DNA of 64,000 bases from Felis catus (lineage: Eukaryota), in contig NC_058368.1 of the NCBI RefSeq assembly GCF_018350175.1, positions 226,054,001 to 226,118,000 of the forward strand. The letters run 5' to 3'. Position numbers and translations under genes: made by a program. Below the pieces are notes generated by a model. That model was not told the origin of the DNA, did no database searches, and was given only the letters and a program-made list of their open reading frames with translations. Positions 22,653 to 35,009 of the stretch are shown piece after piece (the first letter of the stretch is position 1; each line of letters starts with the position of its first letter).

Positions 22653-23966
22653 ACTTTTTCACAAAGAGAAAATACTCATTTATATTTGTTTACATATTTA
22701 CCTTTCTTGTAATTCTCCATTCCTTTGTGTAGACTTAATTTCCATCTAATATCATTTTGTTTTAGTCTAAAGAACTTCCCTTAATATACCTTGTAGTGCC
22801 TGTCTGTTGGTTGCAGACTCTTGTGGCATTGATTCGTCTAAAACTTTCTTGATTTTTCCTTCATTTTTGAAAGATGTTTTCACAAGGTTTTAGAGTTTGT
22901 TCTTCCTTTTGTCTCTGTTTTTCCTTTTAGTACTTTAAAGATGCTGATCTAATATAGTCTGCCTTACTTTGTGCTAATAAGTTTAGCTTATGAACTCATA
23001 TTTCTTTGGCTGACCTCCTTTAAGATTTTTCTCTTTATCACTTTATATATTTTAGAAAGTAGTCCCTTCCCCCAAAAAGTATCATACTTTCTAAGCATTC
23101 AGAGGTTGCGATTAATCCCATGTTTCCAAAAATAAATTGTTTACACTTTGTATTGACTGACGTTTCTTTTGGTTCTGTATCGCATTTTGCTGCTTCCTCA
23201 CAATGTCTAATAATTGTTTATTGTATGCTAGATACTATGGATGCTATGTTGCTGAAGAGCTGGCTTTTATATTCTTTCTTAATAGACAATATATTGAGTA
23301 TCATTCGTATTGATATTGAGTATCGTACCTCTTACAGAGAGGTAAGTAATTAAGCTTGACACTTTCAAGGATTATTGTAGAGATTTGTTAGGAAAATTTT
23401 AGAGTAGCTTTTACTGTGGAACTAGATAAGCATGACTTTTCCTGGGTCTCTGTTGAATGTCAGGGTTATTTTACGAGGTGTCTCCACTCCACCTGGTCAG
23501 GACTCAAGTATCTCCCAGGCTTCGTGAGTTCTAGCAGTTGCTCAACTCAAATTTCCCCAGTAATTTTTCTTCAGTACTTGTTTTTTGCCTCATCTTACAG
23601 ATTCTTGCCCCATGCATACACAGTTTGGTATTGGACCAAAGACCAAGGGGAACCATATGCAGAATTCTGGAGTTTTCTGCGTCTCTTCTCTCCATTCCTG
23701 CCCTCCCCAGTGTCCAGCCACCTCAGTAGCCTGGAGCTATGATATCTGCCTACTCAGCCCAGTGAGATTACTGTACTCTCTTTGACTCCTTCCCCTTACT
23801 ATTCGCAGAGTGCCTCCAGGCACAAACTGGTATAACTTCATCTTATGTTTCCTTTTCTCTGGGATCGCAGACCTGTGTTGCCTATTGTCTAACATCTCAA
23901 AATAATCATTTCCTGTATTTTATCTAATGTTATAGTTGATGAGAAGATTAGTCTGACACAAGTTAC

Positions 23967-24046
23967 ATTGTTGGTTTTTTTTTTTATTTTTTATTTTTGT
24001 CAACCTTTATTTTTGAGAGACAGACACAGGGTGTGGGCGGGAGAGG

Positions 24047-24097
<51 letters not shown>

Positions 24098-24222
24098 TGA
24101 GGCAGGCTCCAGGCTCTGAGCTGTCAGCCCAGAGTTCAACACAGGGCTCGAACTCATGAACTGTGAGGTCATGACCCGAGACATAGTCGGACGCTTAACT
24201 GACCAAGGCACCCAGGCGTCCC
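23967..24222 (-). mobile_element. Can-SINE with (GA)n expansion
   Basis: TSD TGACACAAGTTAC at 23954-23966 and 24223-24235. Confidence 0.93.
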
Positions 24223-24619
24223 TGACACAAGTTACTTAGTGAGGGCCACAAGCAGAAGACCTCTAACGTGTTTTGCAATATACCTTGTGAAGTTATAACT
24301 CAGCCATCTTTGTAAGTTTCAAAAATTCATTTGTCTTATGAATATTACATGAAGAACAGGGTTTTTTTTTTCTATTTTGAAAATATTGGCTAGACTTTCC
24401 CAAGTCCTGAGAAGTAAAATTTTCACTGTATAAACCTTGGATGCCTTCCCACGGTTTGCTGTTTCAAAACTGAAATGGCAAAGAGAAAAAAAGTAATCAA
24501 AATTCTACAAGAAATTTTATACCCTGGACATCCCAAGTACAGCCCTAACGCTTTTTCACAAAAAGCAGAGGGTGATTTATTTATTTTTTTTTAGTTCAGA
24601 ATGGTGGCCAAGTGTCAAA

Positions 24620-24730
24620 GAGCATTAGACTAAAATATCAGAAAATACTGAGTCTTATCCTGGTTCTGCTGCTTCATAATCATGTGATATCGGATAAAGG
24701 CGACAGTTTCCTCATCTGTGAAATTGTGTC
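24620..24730 (+). mobile_element. MIR relic
   Basis: GAGCATTAGACT..CCTGGTTCTGC..CAGTTTCCTCATCTGTGAAAT. Confidence 0.65.
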
Positions 24731-24964
24731 TGGTTTGTTGACCTCGTGAGATTAACATGTGGTTTCCATGTTGTTAAATAGATCAGAAAGGATGTTGCTC
24801 CTTATACCTTGGGAAATATAAGGGCCAATTTATGCGTAAAGATGCTAATTTCAAGTGTGAAACTCTCAAGTTAAGAAGAATGTCAATAATGGGGTGAAAA
24901 TAAGAACTTACCTACAAGGATAACTTATTTAGTTTTTATTTGTAACAAAGAAATTAGAAATCAT

Positions 24965-25910
24965 TTTTTTTCTTTTTCTTAAGCTTTTATTTAAGTTACA
25001 ATTAATTAACATACAGTGTAATATTAGTTTCAGGTGTACAATATGATGATTCAACATTATATTAGTTCATATTCAACATATTCAACAACAATATGATGAT
25101 ACAACACAGGTGTTGTATGGACAACAGCTGATACTCATCACAAGTGCACTCCATGATCCCCATCACCTACTTCACCCATTCCCCCACCAACCTCCCCCCT
25201 GCCCCCCGCCCCCGGTAACCATCAGTTTGCTCTCTATAGTTTCTTGGTTTGCCTTGCTCTCATTTTTTCCCCCTTTTCTCATTTGTTTTGTTTCTTACCT
25301 TTTTTTTTTAAAGTTTATTTATTTATTTTTGAGAGAGACAGAGAGAGTGAGTGGGGGAGGGGCAGAAAGATAGGAAGAGAGAGAATCCCAAGCAGGCTCC
25401 ACACTGTCAGCATGGAGCCTGACACGGGGCTCGAACTCACAAACTGTGGGATCATGACCTGAGCTGAAACCAAGAGTCAGGTGCTTAACTGATGGAACCA
25501 CCCAAGTGCCCCTGTTTTGCTTCTTAAATTCCGCACGAGTGATATCATATGGTATTTGTCTTTCTCTGATTGACTTATTTCACTTAGCATAATACTCTCT
25601 AGTTGCATCCATAGCATTCTTTGTAATGGCTAAGTAATATTCATTATATAGATACACACCCCCTGCCCCCACACACAGACCACATCTTATTTATGTATTC
25701 ATCAGTGGATGGACACTTGGACCGTTTCCGTAACTTGCCTGTTGTAGATAATGCTGCTATAAACATCAGGGTGCATGTATTCCTTTGAATCAGTATTTTT
25801 GCACTCTTTGGGTAAATACCTAGCAGTGCAGTTGCTGGATGGTAGGGTAGCTCTATTTTTAACTTTTCAAAGAAACTCCATACTGTTTTCCAGAGTGGCT
25901 ACATCAGGTT
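24965..25910 (-). mobile_element. Carnivore LINE-1 3' end
   Basis: Reverse L1 3'UTR/ORF2 end: ATATTAGTTTCAGGTGTACAA, GGTATTTGTCTTTCTCTG, GGGTAAATACCTAGCAGTG, AACTCCATACTGTTTTCCAGAGTGGCT. Confidence 0.9.
25298..25512 (-). mobile_element. Can-SINE nested in L1
   Basis: TSD TGTTTTG(T/C)TTCTTA at 25284-25297 and 25513-25526. Confidence 0.93.
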
Positions 25911-26636
25911 GCATAACTGAAAGTCACTTACGTGTTTTTAGAAGCAGAGCAAATTTCACTCAACTTAGTCAAAATATGTTTAAATGTTGTATGATCAGTT
26001 GTTTTTTAGTATTTTAATCACACCTTAGTTTTAGTTATTTAGCTTAATAATTAACACTAATTAATAAACTAATAATTTTATCAGCCAAAATAAAATTTCA
26101 TTGAAGAAAGAAAATAACTGTGACTTATATCAGTAGTTCTGATATAATTATAGTCTATGCCTTCAAATTTTGACCCAAATTCAAAAGAATACATTACTAT
26201 TCTTCAATAGTGTTTTCCAACAAGAAAATCACACCTTTGAAACCTTGAAAGATTGCCATTTACCCCATTTTGCTAAAAATAAGCTATTTACATTTTTTGA
26301 GCCAATTAGTTCAAAACATCATCAGGGATTACACTTTCCCTCACCAAATTAATGGGCTTATTTATGTCAAAAAGAACTTACTTCTCTCAGTAATCTTATA
26401 ATCACAGAATCATAAGACAAGGGGTCCAGAAGACACCATGGCCCTGATCTGACTGAGCCAAGATTTCATTGTAGAAAATCAACCATTCTGATGGTGACCA
26501 ACTCTGGGGAGCCCATGCACAAAGCAGACAGAAAGAGACTGTATACAAATGGAAAAATAAAATAATGCCATGTCAGTCTACAACTATAGTAAAATATCAT
26601 TTTGTTTTTAGGAGTTATTTAATCTACTAATGTTTT

Positions 26637-26838
26637 AAATTTTTTAAATATTTATTTATTATTGAAAGACAAAGCACGAGCATGGGAGGGGCAGAGAGAG
26701 GAGACACAGAATCCAAAACAGGCTCCAGGCTCTGAGCTGTTCGCACAGAGCCCGATGCGGGGCTCGAACCCACAGACTGCGAGATCACAACCTGAGCCGA
26801 AGTCGGATGCTTAACTGACTGAGCCACCCAGGAGCCCC
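26637..26838 (-). mobile_element. Can-SINE
   Basis: Diverged TSD ..CTAATGTTTT at 26621-26636 and 26839-26854. Confidence 0.93.
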
Positions 26839-26854
26839 AACCCGCTAATGTTTT

Positions 26855-27700
26855 TGAATGCTTCTGTCATCACTAATGGAAAGCACTGTACTTGGTGTTT
26901 TGATACAAAGGAGTGAACAGCAGAGGTCCTTCGTTCAGATCTTATGCTGAAGTGAGAAAGACAGCCTGGGGCAAGGATGTTGCATCATTATTTCTGTCTG
27001 TGAGTTGGGGGAGCTGAATTGAACTTAGTTCCATGAGGGCTTATGTAACAGGTGGCTGTAACTGCAATGGGAACAAATATGTGAAAGAGAAGGCCCTAGC
27101 TCTCTTGCACCTTAAAGTTTCGTAGTGATGAAGGATATATGAACAAAGATGTGCATTAATATACGCAGGTCCTGGATTGATAAATATTGTAGTAAGACAG
27201 AAGGATGTGGTAGGAAATGAGGCCACAAGAGGGAAGGCAGGGGCAGCGGGGATGAAAAGAATGGTGGAAATTTGTGAGATATTTAGGAAAGAGACAATAG
27301 GAAGTGGTAACTAGATGGATGTAGAAAGAAGGCACCTGAGAGGAGACTGGCTTATTCGTTTGGGTGAATGGGTGTGGGATGCAGCCACCAGACAACAGAG
27401 AAAATACCGAAGAGCTGGAACATGAGTGGCATTGGGGACAAGAACAATGGTTTTCATTTTTTGGTATGTTGACTTTGAGATGTCTGTGGCAAAGCCTGGT
27501 GGACATGCCAGGAAGACTTTGGATACGTGGGAGGCTTTAATCTTTAAGCCCTAATGCAAATAGCGGACATAAATGAGATTATCTGGGGAAAGAGTGTAGA
27601 GAGAATAGCAGCCCAAGAAAGAAATCCTGGAGAAGACCAAAACGAAAGGGACTACGCGGAGTAAGACGACGTTATGAAGAAGAGCCAGAGCACATGGTGA
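26855..27700 (-). mobile_element. LINE-2 relic
   Basis: TTTGTGAGATATTTAGGA..TTTGGTATGTTGACTTTGAGATGTCTGTGG..GAGATTATCTGGGGAAAGAGTGTAGA. Confidence 0.6.
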
Positions 27701-28143
27701 GGAAGGTGGAAGTGAGTTCTGTCCTCCTGTACGCGTGGCCCATCGGACCTTGTGTGTTGTAGAATGACACCCTTCCCTTGTCCCAGGAAAATGTACAGTG
27801 ATTACGATGCGCCAATCGTGGACATCTACCTTTGTCAGTGATATGATTATCCATGAGCACGTGAAGCCGTTCTGGCCACGAAGAAATAAGGGGAAGTCTG
27901 AGGGCTGCTATTGTTTTTCAGGCCTAGCTCATAGATTTGCCCGCTTTCCGCCTCTCAAGGAAGATGTCCGAGGCTGAGTTCATTATAACTGTAGCACCCA
28001 TCTTGGACTCTGAAAAAACACGCCTGAAAGTGAAAGCCAACAACCTACCAGGGGCAGCAGAGGGCACAGGAGGCACTGGAGAGATTTTGCTGTAGGCAAG
28101 GCTGAAACTGTGCGTGTGCCTACTTTATATGTGATGAAGTATA

Positions 28144-28539
28144 TGTCTTATGGACTAAAGTGTGTCCCCTCTTTTCCCCCTATTCATATGTTGAAGCCCT
28201 AACTTCCAGGGTGACTATATTTGGAGATAGGCTATTTAGGAGGTAATTAATTTTAAGTGAGGTCCTAAGTGTGGGCACTTAACTGAATAGGGCTGATGAC
28301 CTTATAAGAAGAGAAAGAGGGTTCTCTCTCTGTTTCTCTCTGCACATGCACAGACAAAAGTCCATGTGAAGACATAGCAAGAAGGTGGCCATTTGCAAGC
28401 CAGGAAGAGAATGATCATCAGGAACTGAATCGACTGGTATCTTGATCTGGGACTAGACCCAGAACTGGGACAAAATGAATTTCTGTTATAGCCACCCAAT
28501 CTATGATAGTCTGTATGATGGCCTGAGCTGACTAAGATA
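28144..28539 (+). mobile_element. MLT1A-like MaLR solo LTR
   Basis: TATGGACTAAAGTGTGTCCCC..ATTCATATGTTGAAGCCCTAA..CCTTATAAGAAGAG..GAGCTGACTAAGATA. Confidence 0.88.
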
Positions 28540-28549
28540 AGACCCTGTA

Positions 28550-29200
28550 TATTGTTGAGAGGGAGAAAGAAGGGAGAAGGGAAGGAAGGGAGGGAGAGAA
28601 GTCCAATTAGGAGAGGCTGATGTGGAAATCAGACAAGATAGATTATTTGCAAAGGATGGAATGGTTGAAATCTCTAAAGACTCAAAGATCAAGTTCAGTA
28701 GTACTGGAAATAATTTCAGAAGGTCGCTGGTGACCTTAACGATTTAAATGATGTGGTCACTACCCAGATGACACCAGAGCAAGGAATGACTAGGAATTGA
28801 GCAAGGGGAAACCAATACAACATTTTCAAGAGAGTGGATTGAGAAAGGAAGATAGGGAGGCATCTAAAGGGATACAAGGTCAAGGAAGACTTAGTCTCTA
28901 CTATGGGAAAGGTTTTTAATTTTATAGGCAGAGGGTCAAGAGTCAGGAATGAGGGAGAGGCTGAAGATGCCAGAAGGAGACTTATTTATGGGGACTGTCT
29001 CTGAGAAGGTGAGAAGGGGTGGGCTCAAGAAGAAAGATGAGGATTTTGACCTCGAAAGGACACATCCTTCTCAGTCCATGGAGAGAAGTGAGGAGTGTGA
29101 GAGGAAGGGATGGGCAATAGAAGCCAGAGAGGTGATATTATTCTTTGCCTTGAAGGGGGAGAGAATTTTGTTTGTGGCGAATGAGGGGGTGGGTGTTGGC
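28550..29200 (-). mobile_element. LINE-2 relic
   Basis: AAGGTCGCTGGTGACCTT..CATTTTCAAGAGAG..GGGAGAGGCTGAAGATG. Confidence 0.5.
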
Positions 29201-29611
29201 TGGAAGCAGGAGTGGCCACATTCTGTATCTTTGGACAAGCTCACGCAGCTGCCTCTTGGCAGACTGGGGAGTAGCATTAGCCCAGGAATGTGACCCTGTT
29301 AAGTCATGCATCTCATTGCACCCAAGTGAATGACGCACCGTTGGAGCCACTGCTATATTAGGTTAAAGTACATGCCACAGGGCCTTATCAAGATTGGGAG
29401 TGATTCCAGGGGATATGTGACTGCGTCAATAAAAAGAAAGTAAAAGATGAATTAATATGTTAAAAATAAGGAAGTAATTTTTGCAAGGTTACTCCTATAA
29501 ATGAATTGTATCTCTAGGCGTTGATATCTGGTGACTTGATTCTATCACCTGAGTACTTACGGAGGGATGACCGTATTTTTTGTTTTTATTTTTTTAATTT
29601 TAAAGATTTTA

Positions 29612-29652
29612 GTATAGTTTTAATTTTTTTTAATTTTTAAAATTTATTTATT

Positions 29653-29690
<38 letters not shown>

Positions 29691-29851
29691 TAGGAGAAGG
29701 ACAGAGAGAGGGAGAGAGAGAGAATCCCAAGCAGACTCTGCACTGTCAGCACAGAGCCCGATGCAGGGCTCGAACTCACGAACTATGAAATCATGACCTG
29801 AACTGAAACCAAGAGTTGGACACTTAACTGACTGAGCCACCCAGGCACCCC
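29612..29851 (-). mobile_element. Can-SINE nested in the tail of a short SINE
   Basis: TSD TAAAGATTTTA at 29601-29611 and 29852-29862. Confidence 0.93.
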
Positions 29852-29862
29852 TAAAGATTTTA

Positions 29863-29957
29863 TTGTTAAGTAATCTCTACACCAAACGTGGGGGTCAAAT
29901 TTACAACCCCAGGATCAAGAGTCCCACGCTCCACCAACTGAGTCATCCAGGTGCCCC
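29863..29957 (-). mobile_element. Short Can-SINE (tail continues at ~29574-29600)
   Basis: AAGTAATCTCTACACC..GATCAAGAGTC..CCAGGTGCCCC. Confidence 0.85.
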
Positions 29958-30254
29958 TATGTTTTATTTTTAAATTAAATACATGTATAGTAACTTGAGC
30001 ATAATGTGTGTTATCCCAGCCTCTGGCTTGTGTAGGCCATTTGCCATAGAGAAAGCAGAATCCTGTTGATTCCGGTAGCACACTTAAGAAAGGTGGGCAA
30101 TATGGTGATCCTTAAAAAAGATCATGGTCCATTTGATCAGAATATTGAAAAGTGAACGTAAGAAATAGGTATGATATTATTAGCTATTATTTTCCAGTGG
30201 CTTATTAAATAGCAACAACCACCACCTGAGTTTCTGCTCTGTACCCATCGTACT

Positions 30255-30993
30255 TATTTATTGCCATAGAAGGAATCGTACCAAAACAACCCAAATCCCT
30301 TTTATTGTTTTCTCCCATTTTTCTGGGTGTTGACAAGGCTCAGTTAAGCAGGTTTTTTTTTTTTAAATTTTTTTAATGTTTATTTATTTTTGAGACAGAG
30401 AGAGACAGAGCATGAACAGGGGAGGGGCAGAGAGAAAGAGGGAGACACAGTATCCGAAGCAGGCTCCAGGCTCTGAGCTGTCAGCACAGAGCCTGACACG
30501 GAGCTTGAACTCACAAACTGCGAAATCATGACCTGAGCTGACGTCAGATGCTCAACTGACTGAGCCACCCAGGCGCCCCTCAGTTAGGCAGTTTTTGCTT
30601 GGGGGAATCTCATGCTATGGTAGCAGATGGTGTGTGGGGCTAGAGTCATCTTGTGACTCACCTGCTCGTATGTCAGGAGGCTAAGGCAGCTCTTGACTGG
30701 GACCTCAACTGGAACTTTAGCCAGAAAGTTATACTTGGCCTCTGTGTGGTCTTGCTACATTCTCACAGCATAGTGGCTAAGTTCCAGAATGAACGTCCCA
30801 AGAGGACCAGGTAAAATCTGCATGGCTTTTCATGTCGTAGCCATGGAAATTCCATAGTACCATTTCTGCGGTCATCACAGTCCCCAGCAAGATTCAAGGA
30901 GAGAAACAAAACCTCCATGCCCTATAGAAGGAGTGTCAGCATCACACAGGAAGAAGACAGGTTAGACAGCCATCTTGGAGGACACAATCTACA
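30255..30993 (-). mobile_element. MLT1 (G/H-like) MaLR LTR interrupted by a SINE
   Basis: GGCTCAGTT..GGGGCTAGAGTCATCT..TCTCACAGCATAGTGGCT..CAAGATTCAAGG..CAGCCATCTTGGAG. Confidence 0.75.
30352..30579 (-). mobile_element. Can-SINE (feline)
   Basis: TSD TCAGTTA(A/G)GCAG at 30340-30351 and 30580-30591. Confidence 0.94.
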
Positions 30994-31940
30994 TCCTGCT
31001 TTACTACAGGTTTATTGTTCCATTCCTCTCCTGGTACAAATGTAAAGAAAAAGTACTTTGGCTTAAAAATGCTTTGTGTAGCTATTCCTGAAAGTAGTAG
31101 TTCTTCTCTGACAAATACTCTGGATGCCTAGAGTCTGTCATCTAAGGAAGAAATGGAACCCATTAAAGCACTAGGTGAATGGAGACTATGTCTGGTGGAG
31201 GAAGCTATTGTGGAAGGGACCTTCTCTCTTTAAAAACAAGAGGGAACCAGAAGTTTTTCCATTACTGAACATCTACTCTGATTCTTCCCTTCAGCCAAGA
31301 TTAAATCAGATGGAAGTCTGAGTCTGGGAAGCCTGAATGAAATGGTTCTATCCCACCAAGTACATTTTGTGCTAAGAAGGAGGAGAGTACTGATTTTGTA
31401 CTTGAAAAAAATGGATCTGATTCAAATATAAATTCATTTCTTCTCTTCAATGGTGGTTGCCATCATCCCCAAACTGATGTCATCATTATGGTCATTATAG
31501 TCGTTCGACTGACACAGGAGGAAGTGATTAAATTAACTACATCAAAATAGTTTTTACAAACATTATTTTAGACCTGGACAAATGATAAGAAGTTTAAGCC
31601 TAGGACTATTTTTCTTAATAAAACGAATCGAAGCTAAAATAAGGAGGATTATATCATCAAATATGTTTCTACTGATCTGTATAATCTTTGTTGTTGTAAA
31701 TGCCACACAGCTAATTTTTATTCCTGGTGTTTGTCTAATATTGACTACATCAATAATGAGTAAAATGATAGCACTCAGAAGGATGAAGTTTAGAGAGATG
31801 GTCCCAGTGAAGGCAGTAGTAACAGCAAATGCATTTTATTTTACATTGTTCTTTTTTGAAAATTTGAATAAATAGATCTTAGAAGGGTTTAATATTTAAT
31901 ATGAACTTCACTTATAAGTTTGGGGACAAAGTTTCCTTAA

Positions 31941-32145
31941 AAAAATTTTTTTAATGTTTATTTTTTTTAGACGGATAGAGCGTGAACAGGGGAAGAGCAG
32001 AGAGATAAGGAGACAGAATCAAAAGCAGGCTCCAGGCTCTGAGCTGTCAGCACAGAGCCTGATGCAGGGCTCGAACCCACAAACTGGGAGATGATGACCT
32101 GAGCCAAAGTCGGACGCTTAACCGACTGAGCCACCCAGGCGCCCC
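31941..32145 (-). mobile_element. Can-SINE (feline)
   Basis: TSD AAGTTTC(C/T)TTAA at 31929-31940 and 32148-32159. Confidence 0.93.
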
Positions 32146-33021
32146 CGAAGTTTCTTTAATAAAACACATCTTGTTCTTAGGAGTCTGCTATTTCAACATT
32201 GTTCCTTCCCTTCAGTGATTTTATCTTAGCGTATATGTTCTATTTTATTTTTGCAAAAAATTATAATGCTCATTTTGATGTAAAGTAATGGAGAAAAGAG
32301 CATATTGTATGCAAAAAAATTCCCTGAATAATGCTCCATTGAAGACCATCCTGTTGATGCATATATCACTGTTTTCCTGGCTTAGCTCAATGAGGGTAAA
32401 GCTCAGTGTCTGGGTCACAGCCAAATGCTCTTTAAGAACTATGAAGTACAGACACGAAATTTCCTTTTACTCACATATAAACCTATTGCCTAATGTTAAG
32501 CCATCTTCATTGAATTGATGGTCTTCCTCTCACTTATTTTACTTAATCATATTTATTAGGGAAGCTTAACACATCAAAAGCACATTTAAAAATAGTCCTA
32601 TGATTTACCTTAGGGCAAAAAAATTAATGTAATGTATATTGCCAAGTTTATTAACTATCTTCCTGATGAGCTAACAGCTGTGTGATGAAGACAGTAGCCA
32701 TCAATTAGATGAACAGTGATCTTGAGACCAGAGTTTTCATCATGAAATAGTCATCTAAGTTATGGGCATTGAAAGGCAACCACTGGATGGACATATTTCC
32801 AAGGATTCCTCAGTTCTATGCCTTATAGAAGAGTGCTTATGAAAAACCTAGGCAAATTGGTCAGGTCAGAAAGCCAAAACACATTTATGTAGTTTGGGAG
32901 AATTTTAACAAAAAGTGATTTTTTAGAACATTAATGTATTATGGAAGTACATAGTCACATTCAAAGGTTGTTATTCATCTAAGGTATTAGCAGGTATACA
33001 CAATAAGAAGTATAAATTATT

Positions 33022-33241
33022 TTTTTTATTTAAAAAAAATTTTTTTAACGTTTATTTATTTTTGAGACAGAGAGCATGAACGGGGGAGGGGCAGAGAGAG
33101 AGGGAGACACAGAATCGGAAGCAGGCTCCAGGCTCTGAGCCATCAGCCCAGAGCCCGACGCCGGGCTCGAACTCACGGACCGTGAAATCATGACCTGAGC
33201 TGAAGTCGGACGCTTAACTGACTGAGCCACCCAGGCGCCCC
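33022..33241 (-). mobile_element. Young feline Can-SINE
   Basis: Perfect TSD AGAAGTATAAATTATT at 33006-33021 and 33242-33257. Confidence 0.96.
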
Positions 33242-33729
33242 AGAAGTATAAATTATTAAGCTTGCTATTGTCCTTACTCCTTTGCAGAAAGATGTCATTA
33301 AATAAAAATGTAATATAAGAGAGACAGCTAATACTCATATAATTGGTATTTTTTGATGAAGCTAACAGACGCTACTTTGAGGGACAAGAGTTGACCAACA
33401 TCTCAAAGTAAGAAAGAAATGCTTAAGTCTTCTGCTCCATTAAGTAAGATAAATCATAACACAGTTGTTCTAGGGCAGGGGTAAAAGGGAATTTAAATAT
33501 TTTTTAGGCCAAAGTGCTTCTCTTTTTTCTTGCAGAGTTTGCAGAGGATCAAGAGGGAAGTTGTTTAAATGGTGATACATGTGAAGGGCATATTCCTAGA
33601 GGTCGCAGACACTTGCATAAAAACAGTGGAAGTCTCTTCTGGTCATTATGCTTAGAAGAACCCATGTGAAGCAGTTAGTCCAGGGCGTGGCTCAAAGCCA
33701 AGGGCTCAAGACATTTAACTGTTGTTATT

Positions 33730-33975
33730 ATTTCATTTCACTTCATTTCATTTCATTTCATTTCATTTCATTTCATTTCATTTCATTTTTAAAGTTTATT
33801 TATTTCCGAAAGCGAGAACCAGTGGAGGAGAAGCAAAGAGAGAGGGGCCATAGGATCCAAAGCAGGCCACGTGCTGACAGCAGAGAGCCCAATGTGGGGC
33901 TCAAACCCATGAGTCCTGAGACCAGGACCTGAGCCAGAGTAGGATGCTTAACTGGCTGAGCCACTCAGGTGCCCC
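33730..33975 (-). mobile_element. Can-SINE with (ATTTC)n tail
   Basis: Head ends GGTGCCCC at 33975; diverged TSD ..TTGTTATTATT. Confidence 0.9.
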
Positions 33976-34419
33976 TAGCTATTGTTATTATTATCCCTCC
34001 AAAAACAATTGCATAAAAGCTCTAGGTTGTTGATTCCCACCTAAAGATATGGTCCCCTAATGATGTTGATTCACTATAACATTAAACTCTGATGAGAAGA
34101 AAAATCAAAGGTGTAACATGAAAGTTCTCCTTTGATTTTGCCCAGGGAAAATTAAGAAGTTTCATAAACCTGAGATCATTTTATCCAAAAAAAAAAAATC
34201 CAAAGTGTTATTGGAGTCTGAAACCTCCACTGAGAAACTGTCTCTATTATTCTAGAGAAAAAAGAAATGTTAATGAAATGAAAGTCCTAAAAATGCTCCT
34301 CTACCATGAAAACTTGGATAGATATAAAGACATTTGTGTCCATCAGCCACTGTTACTGGCAGCTGGCTTTGAACCTGGGAGAAATGAGTAGGTGTTATTT
34401 ATTCTGTCACTGAGTCCTA

Positions 34420-35005
34420 TCTCTTTGCTAGATGAGGAAGAGACTACAGAGAATAAGGAAGCTAAGTTCCTTTCTATTAGGGAGCCTGTGGTCCAATGGG
34501 GAGTGGGAAGTTAAGGACAGACAGTATACAAATAAATAATAAACAATATAGAATAAATAATGGCAAAAATACAATAAATAAAGAAAAAGAAATGAAGAAA
34601 GTGAACCAGAGTGACATATGGTCATGTGAGATGGGTGGAATTGGTGACAGTCTTGGTGATTGGTGATGACGGTCAGTGATGACATTTGAGCTGAGAACTG
34701 GATGGTGAGAAGGAGGCCGGTGGCCATGTTAATATCTTTTTTATTCTCTTTTTTTTTTTTCCAACGTTTGTTTATTTTTGGGACAGAGAGAGACAGAGCA
34801 TGAACAGGGGAGGGGCAGAGAGAGAGGGAGACACAGAATCGGAAACAGGTTCCAGGCTCTGAGCCATCAGCCCAGAGCCCGACGCGGGGCTTGAACTCAC
34901 GGACCGCGAGATGGTGACCTGGCTGAAGTCGGACGCTTAACCGACTGCGCCACCCAGGCGCCCCCATGTTAATATCTTTAAAAAGAACATTCTAGGCAAA
35001 GAGGT
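34420..35005 (-). mobile_element. LINE-2 relic interrupted by a SINE
   Basis: GTGATGACATTTGAGCTGAGAACTGGATGGTGAGAAGGAG..AAGAACATTCTAGGCAAAG. Confidence 0.7.
34740..34964 (-). mobile_element. Young feline Can-SINE (SINEC_Fc-like)
   Basis: Perfect TSD CATGTTAATATCTTT at 34725-34739 and 34965-34979. Confidence 0.97.
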
Positions 35006-35009
35006 TAGT

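Larger units (their letters stand above)
20170..23950 (-). mobile_element. Old L1M-type LINE-1 remnant interrupted by SINEs and an STR
   Basis: Antisense L1 motifs TTTGGTAGAAT..GTGAAGCCATCTGGGCCTGGAGATTTC, GCATCCCACAAATTTGGATATG, TTATGGCCCAACATATGGTCTAT, CCTTCATTTTTGAAAGATGTTTTCAC. Confidence 0.7.

Noticed and set aside
23325..23347. CAG|AGAG|GTAAGT 4-nt microexon-like site
   Set aside because: It lies within a degenerate L1, has a weak pyrimidine tract and is not frame-preserving.
31582..31875. 97-aa hydrophobic ORF resembling a membrane peptide
   Set aside because: Hydrophobicity is explained by T-rich composition; no recognisable family.
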